Assembly (NCBI GenBank): GCA_027344745.1
Contig: DAHWIS010000036.1
Location: 1 to 26,961 of the forward strand
Length of the DNA: 26,961 nucleotides
Reading direction: 5' to 3'
From: Candidatus Micrarchaeota archaeon
GTDB lineage: Archaea; Micrarchaeota; Micrarchaeia; Micrarchaeales; Micrarchaeaceae
How positions within the stretch are numbered: position 1 is the stretch's first letter; every line of letters starts with the position of its first letter. A program made the position numbers and the translations under genes. Below are positions 17,760 to 25,995 of this stretch, in pieces. The notes beneath the pieces were generated by a model that was given only the letters and a program-made list of their open reading frames with translations, was not told where the DNA came from and searched no databases.

Positions 17760-18359
17760 CTACATTATATCGATGTACATCTTGTCGTTGAATTCGTATG
17801 CAACAGTATCGTCATCCACGTGTATGTTCTCGAGCATTTCGTCCCTGCTGCCGTATTCGACTACTCCGTCGTCTACGTTAAGCACATATATATGGCCGTT
17901 GAATTCGTAATATGTTATTACCTTTCGCGATTCGTTCTGAATCTTTATAAGCACCTTGGCGCTGGGATTCCCTAAGCTTATGATCAGACTGCATAACAGC
18001 ACATTTTTGTCTATGATGTCTCCGGCCATGAACTGCAGGGTTTCTTCGGGCATGAGCCAAAACTGCAGTGGCATCGACACATATTCTATTTTATCCCTTA
18101 CGAAATCAAGCGCAGCCATGCTGGCCTCGAAGAAATTGTTTTCATAGGTGTAAGCAGAAAACTTCGATTTCAGCGAATCCGCCCTCTTGATTATCTCCTT
18201 ATTGGACGGCGTCACAAGCATGGGGAGTTCTGCCACGGATATGCTCTCTTTTTCCTCTATATAATTCACATACCGCATTATTATGGCCAGGTATATTCTA
18301 TTCAGCCGTTCAAGATGCTCCGACTGGTCCTGCCCGCTCTGCGGAACGCTTTCTTCCAT
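17760..18359 (-). CDS. Transglutaminase-like fold protein lacking catalytic residues
   Basis: FWLMPEETL...GDIIDKNVLLCSL...LG aligns by eye with the W..P.ETL....GDCED.A.L..SL motif, with Cys replaced by Ile. Confidence 0.7.
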   Translation of the reverse strand: MEESVPQSGQDQSEHLERLNRIYLAIIMRYVNYIEEKESISVAELPMLVTPSNKEIIKRADSLKSKFSAYTYENNFFEASMAALDFVRDKIEYVSMPLQFWLMPEETLQFMAGDIIDKNVLLCSLIISLGNPSAKVLIKIQNESRKVITYYEFNGHIYVLNVDDGVVEYGSRDEMLENIHVDDDTVAYEFNDKMYIDIM

Positions 18360-18417
18360 ATATAAGGTATTGCTAGAAAAAGATAAAAACTATCGTTTAT
18401 CAGATTAATTGATAGTG

Positions 18418-20145
18418 ATGATGAACAAGCGCGTTGCAGAAATGTTCAATGGGATAGCGCTTATGTTGCAGGTAAAAAATGAAAATGGCTTCAAATTCGA
18501 GATAAGGGCGTACCAGAGGGCTGCCTTGACCGTAGATTCGCTGCAGCAGGACGTCGGGGAGATTTATGCCAAGCAGGGTTTGAAGGGGCTTATGGATCTT
18601 CCCGGAATAGGGGTAGGACTTGCAAAAAAGATAGAGGAATTCGCAAAGACCGGAAGCATGAAGAAGTATGATGAACTTAAAAAGGAATACCCGATAGATT
18701 TCAAGACCCTGACGGCAATAGAGGGGATAGGCCCAAAAACCGCGATCCGGCTTTATAGTGAACTGGGAGTCAAAAACCTTGACGATTTGAAAACCGCAGT
18801 CGAATCCGGAAGTATAAGAAAACTTTCTGGTTTCGGCGTCAAAAGCGAGCAGGACATGAAGGAAGGCATATCCTTAATGGAATCCAGCAAGGGTAGAATA
18901 ACGCTCGGCGAGGCGCTTCCTGAAGCAGAGGGCATAATAAAAATGCTTCTCGATACCGGATTTGTGGAAAAAGCGATAATATCGGGATCGACCAGGAGAA
19001 TGAGGGAAACAGTAGGCGATATAGATATATTGGCGATATCCAACAGGCCGGAAAAGGTAATGGGTGCATTCGCAAATTTCAATGGGGTATCTAGCATAAT
19101 AGTGAAGGGACCTACCAAAACTACGGTGTGGCTGGATATAGGCATAGGCTGCGATCTTCGCGTCATAGAGCCCAAAAGTTTCGGCGCAGCGCTGCAATAC
19201 TTTACTGGGAGCAAGAACCACAACATAAAAGTAAGGACCATAGCGATAAAGAAGGGGTTCAAACTGAACGAATACGGGTTGTTCGGCAAAAATGGCGTAC
19301 TCGTATCTAGCCTTGACGAAGAAATTATATATAGGAGGTTAGGGATGCAATGGATGCCCCCCGAGATGCGCGAAGACCGCGGGGAGGTTGAACTTGCAAG
19401 GAAGAACATGATCCCCGAATTGGTTGATTACGGGGATATATTGGGTGATCTGCACACCCACACCAAAGAGACCGATGGGATGGATACGATAGATGAAATG
19501 GCGGGAGCTGCAATAAAGAAGGGCCTCGAGTATTTTGCAGCAACCAACCATACAAAGAGCCTCAAGATTGCAAAAGGCATGAGCGAAACACAGTTCGCAA
19601 AATTCTTTAAGAAGATAGACGCCCTGAACATTGAATTGGAAGGCATAATCAGAATACTCAAAGGCGCAGAAGTCGACATACTCAAGGACGGGAGCCTTGA
19701 CCTTGACAGGAAAACTCTCAATAGCATGGATTGCGTAGTAGGGGCGGTCCATTCGAACACCAACATGAGTGAAAAAGAAATGACCGATAGGATATCTAAG
19801 GCCATGGATTCCGGGCTAATGGATATATTGGCGCACCCCACCGGGAGATTGATCAACGAGCGCGAGGGGTATAGGATAGATTTGGACAGGATTGCAGAAT
19901 GTGCGGAAAGGAATAGAGTTGCACTGGAAATAAATTCTTACCCGAAACGGCTAGACCTTAACGATACCGATATCATGCGGGCGTCCAAATACAAAGTAAT
20001 GTTTGCAATAAATACGGACGCACATAATACGGACCAGTTCTCTTTTATGAGATACGGCGTGGGAACCGCAAGAAGGGGATGGTTAGGGAAGGACAGGATA
20101 CTTAACGCATTGCCGATGGATAAGTTGGAGAAGGCACTGGCGTAA
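18418..20145 (+). CDS. polX: Family X DNA polymerase with C-terminal PHP domain
   Basis: RAYQRAA, LPGIG.G.A.KI, GIGPKTA, GS.RRMRETVGDIDIL, DLRVI, LQYFTGSK.HN, LNEYGLF; PHP motifs DLHTHT, GAEVDI, AHP, TDAH. Confidence 0.97.
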   Translation: MMNKRVAEMFNGIALMLQVKNENGFKFEIRAYQRAALTVDSLQQDVGEIYAKQGLKGLMDLPGIGVGLAKKIEEFAKTGSMKKYDELKKEYPIDFKTLTAIEGIGPKTAIRLYSELGVKNLDDLKTAVESGSIRKLSGFGVKSEQDMKEGISLMESSKGRITLGEALPEAEGIIKMLLDTGFVEKAIISGSTRRMRETVGDIDILAISNRPEKVMGAFANFNGVSSIIVKGPTKTTVWLDIGIGCDLRVIEPKSFGAALQYFTGSKNHNIKVRTIAIKKGFKLNEYGLFGKNGVLVSSLDEEIIYRRLGMQWMPPEMREDRGEVELARKNMIPELVDYGDILGDLHTHTKETDGMDTIDEMAGAAIKKGLEYFAATNHTKSLKIAKGMSETQFAKFFKKIDALNIELEGIIRILKGAEVDILKDGSLDLDRKTLNSMDCVVGAVHSNTNMSEKEMTDRISKAMDSGLMDILAHPTGRLINEREGYRIDLDRIAECAERNRVALEINSYPKRLDLNDTDIMRASKYKVMFAINTDAHNTDQFSFMRYGVGTARRGWLGKDRILNALPMDKLEKALA

Positions 20146-20148
20146 AAT

Positions 20149-23100
20149 TCAGATGAATTTCGCCAAGCTGAATTGGTTTGTCGTTATTTCCGAGCCTATG
20201 CCTCCGAAGACGTCGATTATCTCTTCCTTCAAGAGCATGATTCTCTGCTTTATATATACCTCAAGATCATACCTGTCGGCTAAGGTTATTGCCATCTCCA
20301 AGTATTTTTCTATGCCCCCTTTTGATATAGTAAGGAGCAGCTTGCCTCCGCATCTAGTGCATTTGCCTATGAGCGGGACGCGCCTGTACTTGGCATTACA
20401 TGAACCGCACCTAAATGTTTGCCTGGAGAATGAATGCAGATTGCCCATTAAGTCCGGTATAAAATGGCTCAATATGAGGCGCCTCGCCGTATCACGCTTG
20501 TCGATGCTGTAAAGCTTGTCCATAAGCTCGAACTGCACCTTTATCTTGTCGTGCATCGTCTTGAGCTTCGTGTACGCGCTTTGTATGGGTGAATCCGTAA
20601 CAGAGCTTGCGCCACTATGATGGGTGAAATGCATGTTGCTATATATTGCATCGCTGTTGAGCCTATTTGCGACAAGATTCACACCTACCTCCCCCGGCTG
20701 AAGGTATTCGTAGGTCTTATCATAGAAGGATTTGGTGAAGTTGGGTATGATTTCCATTGCGTGCACTTCATCGTCGACCTCTTCTGGTTTCACGTTGACG
20801 GTAAGTATAAGCGGGGCGTCCATTGTGCCGCCTATAGTGCTTGGAAGATATTGCCTCGAGAAATTTATGAGGCCGTCCAACAGCAGCATAGTAGTGTCCT
20901 CATCGCCGTCGCAGTTCCTTCTTCTTGCGGATATGACGTACGGATGCGCAAATCCCACGTTTGCATCAGTAAACCCTATTATCCTGCCGAGCACTCCCGC
21001 GGATGTATGCGGCGACAACGACATCACCAGGTGGCCGACGAGGTCATCCGGGGATGTTGCATTATAGAACGGCTCCATTCCATAATATTTTACAAGAAGA
21101 TCGTCTACAAATTTTGCTACCCTGAGCATATACTCCGCACCGCGTGTATTAAGTATCACATCTTGATGCATCAGCTCTACAAGCTGATTTCCGTCATTGA
21201 GATCGTTGCCCTCATAATCCTTGGTGTAACCAAGCTCCCTGATCCTTTTTATGCTTGTCCTTATTTCGTTAGGATAGAAATGGGTCATAGGCGCATCGGT
21301 AGCATCGAATCTCGCAGTTCCATCTTTGAATATGTAGACTCCGTGGATGCTCCGGAGTATGCCTTTTTCTAAAGGCTCTGAAACCTTGTTGGCGCTGAAA
21401 AGTCCCTTTACGCCCTTGACAAGCTTTGGCATGGTCTGGACGCCAAGGTTTTTCATCGCTGCGTTGGACACCTCTACGATTGATACCCTTTTCATTTCGC
21501 TGGCATATGTCGGGCTTGCGCATTTCTCGCATATTTTGTTTTTCGCAAGATTGCCGCACGATTTGCATTTCCTTTCTATAAACGTCCTGCAATGATGTTC
21601 ATCGCAATATACAGAGTTGCGGTATTCGCCGTTCTTTGCACACCTGTACCTTGCCATCTCGACTTCTATGCCGACAGACCCCAGGTTTTTTGATTCTTGC
21701 AGATATGCCTTTGATATGCTCCTTTCCTTTCCGCCGTATTCGCTTATGGGGAAAAGTACATTCGGTGCAGGGCGCATCAGCCTTTCTCTTGCTTTTTCCG
21801 GACGGCCCATCCTGCCCCCTATGCGTGTAGACCTTTTCATTACCTTAAAAGGCGCGATGGCATTAAGCTTCTCCAATATATTGGATGTTGCGTTTTCTTC
21901 CGCCGGTTGTTTGATTTCAACCACTACTAAACCGTCTTTCATGAAACCGAATGTTGCGATCATTGCTTGCGCGTCATCCCCTGAAACATCTATGTGGTCG
22001 TCATAGTCGTAATGCGGGGTGCATATTGCTTCGAGCGCGTCCCGCGTACCTTCTACATCATTGTATAGTTCGAGCTTGTCTACTGAAAATATGCTTTTAC
22101 CCTCGAAAAGCTTTGCCGCTTCGGCTACCGACTTCATCAATGAAGCCATGCTTTCCTGGCTCGAATCATAATAATCGTATATGTACTTTGGATGCATGGG
22201 CACTGACAATTCGGTTGAGAATGCCAGGGCGTCCTTGAACGAAACGTCTTTTGGCATGTCTCCTTTGTATCCTTTTTCCTTGAGTTGCTCATACCAGTAT
22301 TCTTCTACATAGCTCGTCGGCAACAATGGAGTATTTGTCTTTTTGAAATCGCCATACGTTATGAGCATGTCGCCGACAGAGAAGATCTTGCTGATTTCAG
22401 ACATATGCTTTCTAGCGTCATGCGCCGTATTTATGCGGAATGCCTTTCCGGATTTTAGCTTTACGAATGGGCCTTCTATCGAGTCTACAGGCATGGCGAC
22501 ACAACCCTTTCCGGGCTTTTCCACTTTCAGCTGTGTGCCGGTAACTATGAATTCGTCTAGCAGTATCATAGTTGCAGGACTGATACCTTTCGCAGCTATG
22601 CCCGTAAGTCTTGACCGCCCGTATCTTAGCCTGAACGCGCCCCTGTATTCGGGATATGCAAATACTGGCCTGCCCGCCACCAGTTCGTGTAGAAAAACCG
22701 CTTCCTTTTTTTCCTGCTGCCCTTTCTGGGATGTGCCTTTGTCGACTTTTATTATATTGTTAAGCCATGACCAGTCCAGGCCTGCATTCTTTGTATATTT
22801 AAGCACGTTTTTAGCCTTCTGCGCTATGCCCTCACAGCTTACAAGACACACGCCGCTCCTTATCCGGTTTGATATAAGCTGTTCTTTTCCATCGGCATCG
22901 AGACGCATGATGTTTCTATGTATGCTGACCTCTAAATCTTCGGTTGGCAATCCGTCTATACATACGGGGCAATTCTCCAATATCACACGCATATCTTCTT
23001 CGCCGGGAAGGTATTGGAGCCTGGCAACCCTGGAGTTATATATCTGTATCTCTTCGAGATATCTTTCTATCTCCTTCTGCTGGGCCTTGTAATTGCTTAT

Positions 23101-23592
23101 TCCCATTTGTTTCCTCGCATAATCGGCTAGCGCTACCGACAGAGCGGCGCTAGTGCCCCCAGCGCCGCGTATAGGCCCTGCGTACAGAACGGATATGTAA
23201 TCTGTTCCGTCCGGATTCTTGTGAAGTTCTATCCCCTGAAGGCCTTCCGTAGGGGCTACCAGGATGCCCTCGGTCAATATAGCAAGCCCTATCCTTACAG
23301 CCAAAGTGAGCCTGCTTTTTTTGTCGTTAGCGTTTGCGAAGTTTTCTGCTGTTGTTATTTCCTTGACGACCTTGAATGCGAGTTCTTGCCTTGAATCCAC
23401 ATTATGCTTTCTTATGATATCGGCCAGTCCGTCTATGCCTATTATACCTTCCACTCTTGAAGCAAGGTCGGGGGCAGGTTTTATCTCTACGTATTCCTCG
23501 GGATCGCGGCCCTTTGACCTGGCATCCATTGCTATACTGTAAGATTTTTTGAAATCCTTATCGAGCAGGCTGAAATATTCTTTTATATCCAT
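20149..23592 (-). CDS. polC: DNA polymerase D large subunit DP2 (no intein)
   Basis: APDLASRVEG, YAGPIRGAGG, FRLRYGRSR.TG, RIGGRMGRPEKA, RRNCDGDED, TIGG.MDAPL, C-terminal Zn fingers and PIP-like QFSLAKF. Alternative in-frame ATG at 23601. Confidence 0.98.
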   Translation of the reverse strand: MDIKEYFSLLDKDFKKSYSIAMDARSKGRDPEEYVEIKPAPDLASRVEGIIGIDGLADIIRKHNVDSRQELAFKVVKEITTAENFANANDKKSRLTLAVRIGLAILTEGILVAPTEGLQGIELHKNPDGTDYISVLYAGPIRGAGGTSAALSVALADYARKQMGISNYKAQQKEIERYLEEIQIYNSRVARLQYLPGEEDMRVILENCPVCIDGLPTEDLEVSIHRNIMRLDADGKEQLISNRIRSGVCLVSCEGIAQKAKNVLKYTKNAGLDWSWLNNIIKVDKGTSQKGQQEKKEAVFLHELVAGRPVFAYPEYRGAFRLRYGRSRLTGIAAKGISPATMILLDEFIVTGTQLKVEKPGKGCVAMPVDSIEGPFVKLKSGKAFRINTAHDARKHMSEISKIFSVGDMLITYGDFKKTNTPLLPTSYVEEYWYEQLKEKGYKGDMPKDVSFKDALAFSTELSVPMHPKYIYDYYDSSQESMASLMKSVAEAAKLFEGKSIFSVDKLELYNDVEGTRDALEAICTPHYDYDDHIDVSGDDAQAMIATFGFMKDGLVVVEIKQPAEENATSNILEKLNAIAPFKVMKRSTRIGGRMGRPEKARERLMRPAPNVLFPISEYGGKERSISKAYLQESKNLGSVGIEVEMARYRCAKNGEYRNSVYCDEHHCRTFIERKCKSCGNLAKNKICEKCASPTYASEMKRVSIVEVSNAAMKNLGVQTMPKLVKGVKGLFSANKVSEPLEKGILRSIHGVYIFKDGTARFDATDAPMTHFYPNEIRTSIKRIRELGYTKDYEGNDLNDGNQLVELMHQDVILNTRGAEYMLRVAKFVDDLLVKYYGMEPFYNATSPDDLVGHLVMSLSPHTSAGVLGRIIGFTDANVGFAHPYVISARRRNCDGDEDTTMLLLDGLINFSRQYLPSTIGGTMDAPLILTVNVKPEEVDDEVHAMEIIPNFTKSFYDKTYEYLQPGEVGVNLVANRLNSDAIYSNMHFTHHSGASSVTDSPIQSAYTKLKTMHDKIKVQFELMDKLYSIDKRDTARRLILSHFIPDLMGNLHSFSRQTFRCGSCNAKYRRVPLIGKCTRCGGKLLLTISKGGIEKYLEMAITLADRYDLEVYIKQRIMLLKEEIIDVFGGIGSEITTNQFSLAKFI

Positions 23593-23597
23593 GAATA

Positions 23598-25118
23598 TCA
23601 TCCGCTAAAATCTATGGACATGAACTTTGAGGTTTTGGTTTCAAGCACTGGCATGATGCATGGAGTAGGGATATGCCCCTGCCTTACCTGAAAGTCGGTC
23701 CTTGCTTGCCATGTACCGCTGTTGACTATGCTTACGCCATGGTAATTGGTTATCCCGTTCTTGTGTATGTGGCCCATATGCAATATATCGGGGGCCTTCT
23801 CGATTATCATGCTATCGTTCTTGCTCGGCACTATTATGTTGCCGCCGTATATTGGGGACAAATGCCTCCTTTTGAGCAACTCGACCATCGCCTTTTCGGG
23901 TTTCGCGTAGCTATTGTTCGGTATTGATGCTATTATTGAATCTAACGAGGTTCCATGGTATGCCGTAACGTTCAGTCCATGTAGGGAAAAAAAGCTCGGA
24001 TTGGAAAGAAAATGTATATTGTCTGCCTTAAAATCCTTGATAAGGCCGCCGGGCAGTTCTGGTTGTGGTTCTGCCCTCTGGACCGAATCGTGATTTCCGG
24101 GGAGCACGAAAACATGTATATAATCGGGTATGCTCTCCAAGAAATTGAAGAGCAGCTTGTACTGCGTATACATATCGGATATTGCTAGATCCTTGTCTTG
24201 GTTTGGATACACGCCTATTCCGTCAGCGGCATCGCCTGCGAGCACAATGTATTTTATCTTTCCTGCAAGATTCTTTTGCGCGGTCTCCACATTGCCGTTG
24301 AGCCAGTTTATCATCCTTGAAAAATTCTTGTCCATGAATAACCTGCTGCCAACATGCACATCGGATATGAATGCTATTGCTATGTCCTCTTCGGTTTTTT
24401 TCTGCGTTTTCACGGGCACATCCGGCCATATTATCTGGTCAGCAATGACAAAGGGACCCGATATCTTTCCGTGTATTGCAAGCACTTCGTCGTTTATTAT
24501 AGATCCTGCATTCTCAAACAGTTCTTTCGATTTTTGGGATGTACCTTTCATGAACATGATTTTCGCGGTGTCGGTATCGTCTTCTAGTTCGAGCAATATG
24601 TTGCCGTTTTTTGTCGTTATTTTTCTGGATACTATGCCTATCAAGTTTACTTCCCTCCCGCTTGTAAAGTTCTTAAGCGTTCCGATATTTGATAGCGCTC
24701 CGCCGGTCATGCTCATATGCGTATCGAGAATGGTGCGCATCTTTGAAAGCCTGCTCCTGAAATATGTAACGAAATCACCTATGCCTCCGCTTCCCCCGGT
24801 GGTTTCTATCGGGCGCTTCTCCATATGGTAATCTGCTTCTATTTCTGCTGCAAATGGCTTGAACCCGGAGGACCTGCTTATCTCTATAGGTATTGGCGCT
24901 TTCTCGAGTTCTAGATTAGTAATGGCTAACGAAAGCATATCGTTGTCGACTACGACTATGCCTTTTGATCCGTTCGGATTCATCTCTACCAGTTTGGCTA
25001 TCAGTGCGTCTATGTCTGCGTTCGATATCATGCTTATATCAATATCTGCAGAGAGCAACAGCTTAGAGGCGGCGAACTTCGACGCCATCGACCTTACAAT
25101 CGCATTTTCTACGGCCAT
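23598..25118 (-). CDS. polB: DNA polymerase D small subunit DP1 (proofreading exonuclease)
   Basis: OB fold (IGIVS.K.ITKNG...LELED.T), FISDVHVGS, AGD..DG.GVYP.Q, PGNHD, YHG, MGHIH, NSGTWQ..T.FQ. Confidence 0.97.
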   Translation of the reverse strand: MAVENAIVRSMASKFAASKLLLSADIDISMISNADIDALIAKLVEMNPNGSKGIVVVDNDMLSLAITNLELEKAPIPIEISRSSGFKPFAAEIEADYHMEKRPIETTGGSGGIGDFVTYFRSRLSKMRTILDTHMSMTGGALSNIGTLKNFTSGREVNLIGIVSRKITTKNGNILLELEDDTDTAKIMFMKGTSQKSKELFENAGSIINDEVLAIHGKISGPFVIADQIIWPDVPVKTQKKTEEDIAIAFISDVHVGSRLFMDKNFSRMINWLNGNVETAQKNLAGKIKYIVLAGDAADGIGVYPNQDKDLAISDMYTQYKLLFNFLESIPDYIHVFVLPGNHDSVQRAEPQPELPGGLIKDFKADNIHFLSNPSFFSLHGLNVTAYHGTSLDSIIASIPNNSYAKPEKAMVELLKRRHLSPIYGGNIIVPSKNDSMIIEKAPDILHMGHIHKNGITNYHGVSIVNSGTWQARTDFQVRQGHIPTPCIMPVLETKTSKFMSIDFSG

Positions 25119-25130
25119 TTTACCTTTTTA

Positions 25131-25394
25131 TTATTCTTTTACCGATTCAAGCATGCTCAAGATGCCCCATATTATCGTCCTTGCTTGCGGGGGTAGATTT
25201 ATGTCGTTGCTCACAGAATCGAGATTGTATATCGCAGATGATATCCTTAATGTATAATCCCCATCTTCGTTTAGCTTTTCCTTTGCGGCCCCGACAACGC
25301 TTCTTACGTTTTTAGGGACAGATGTATCGTTCAGTATTGCATCCATTTGCATGTTTATCTGCTTTATAGATTCCTCCAATTTGTCGTCTTTCAT
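25131..25394 (-). CDS. UPF0147 family protein
   Basis: ILNDTSVPKNVR...AKEKL...R.SSAI..LD.VSNDINLP..ARTIIW.ILS.LES. Confidence 0.92.
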   Translation of the reverse strand: MKDDKLEESIKQINMQMDAILNDTSVPKNVRSVVGAAKEKLNEDGDYTLRISSAIYNLDSVSNDINLPPQARTIIWGILSMLESVKE

Positions 25395-25611
25395 TAAAAC
25401 ACCTTACAGATTATAATAAGCAGTAAATATGGTTAACAAAACTATTTATAAGCAGTAGAGCTTCTTTTTTAAGATATTTATTGGTATATGGGGCATGGGA
25501 AATTTTCGGCGTTTATTGATTGGACGATGTCACGATATCATTCAGACCTATTTGATGAAACTTTTTCCAAAAGTTTCTTTTTCGAACTGACGTTATGTCG
25601 TAAGAATAATA

Positions 25612-25683
25612 CGCCTTGGCCGGGATTCGAACCCGAGTCGCAACCGTGACAGGGTCGTATGCTAACCACTACACCACCAAGGC
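25612..25683 (-). tRNA. tRNA-Asp(GTC), no intron, CCA not encoded
   Basis: GCCTTGG/CCAAGGC acceptor, anticodon arm CGACC-CTGTCAC-GGTTG, TTCGAAT T-loop, discriminator G. Confidence 0.97.
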
Positions 25684-25709
25684 AAATAAGGCATAATACT
25701 TACTGCTTC

Positions 25710-25726
25710 AGGTTTTATATATTTTT
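25710..25726 (-). promoter_or_regulatory. TATA-like promoter of tRNA-Asp
   Basis: Minus strand aaaaaTATATAAAacc about 30 nt upstream of the tRNA 5' end. Confidence 0.55.
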
Positions 25727-25746
25727 GCAAATTGCCTGACTTTCTT

Positions 25747-25852
25747 TCCCGTTGGGGCGAGTCGAACGCCCAACCTGCCGGTTTCCCCCAAAATCACCAG
25801 ATATGAGGCAATCAGACTACAGCCGGCCGCTCTGCCATTGAGCTACAACGGG
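25747..25852 (-). tRNA. tRNA-Tyr(GTA) with a 34-nt intron at 37/38 (25783-25816)
   Basis: C1:G72 acceptor CCCGTTG/CAACGGG with A73; anticodon arm GCCGG-CTGTAG[intron]A-CCGGC; T arm GGGCG-TTCGACT-CGCCC. Confidence 0.93.
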
Positions 25853-25995
25853 TATGATAAGTTTACTTAAAGTGTTAGTGAAAGAACAAATATATAGTTA
25901 TCCTTGGTTACCCCATTAGATTAACCAGCATTTAAATACCTAAAAGGCTAAACTTTATAATAGTTATTTGTCAAATTCGCAAAGGATAAGATTGT

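Noticed and set aside
20149-25118. Possible inteins in PolD subunits
   Set aside because: Lengths (about 1150 and 506 aa) and continuous motifs match intein-free proteins; no LAGLIDADG or splice-junction signatures seen
565-25257. Numerous long antisense or alternate-frame ORFs in the track (e.g. 565-1119, 4544-5257, 9121-9771, 11004-11711, 18753-19409, 20617-21372, 22343-23092, 24130-24831)
   Set aside because: They lie over well-supported conserved genes and show no recognisable motifs; they are typical shadow ORFs
25488-25649. 53-aa + strand ORF (MGHGKFSAFIDW...) upstream of and antisense to tRNA-Asp
   Set aside because: Its 3' part is the tRNA antisense strand and no protein features are recognisable
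25905-25927. TGGTTA-N11-TAACCA inverted repeat between tRNA-Tyr and the membrane protein gene
   Set aside because: Short arms in AT-rich DNA with no second copy noticed; insufficient support
25395-25995. tRNA-associated integrated element or attachment site
   Set aside because: No duplicated tRNA 3' end, no integrase, and housekeeping genes directly downstream of both tRNAs
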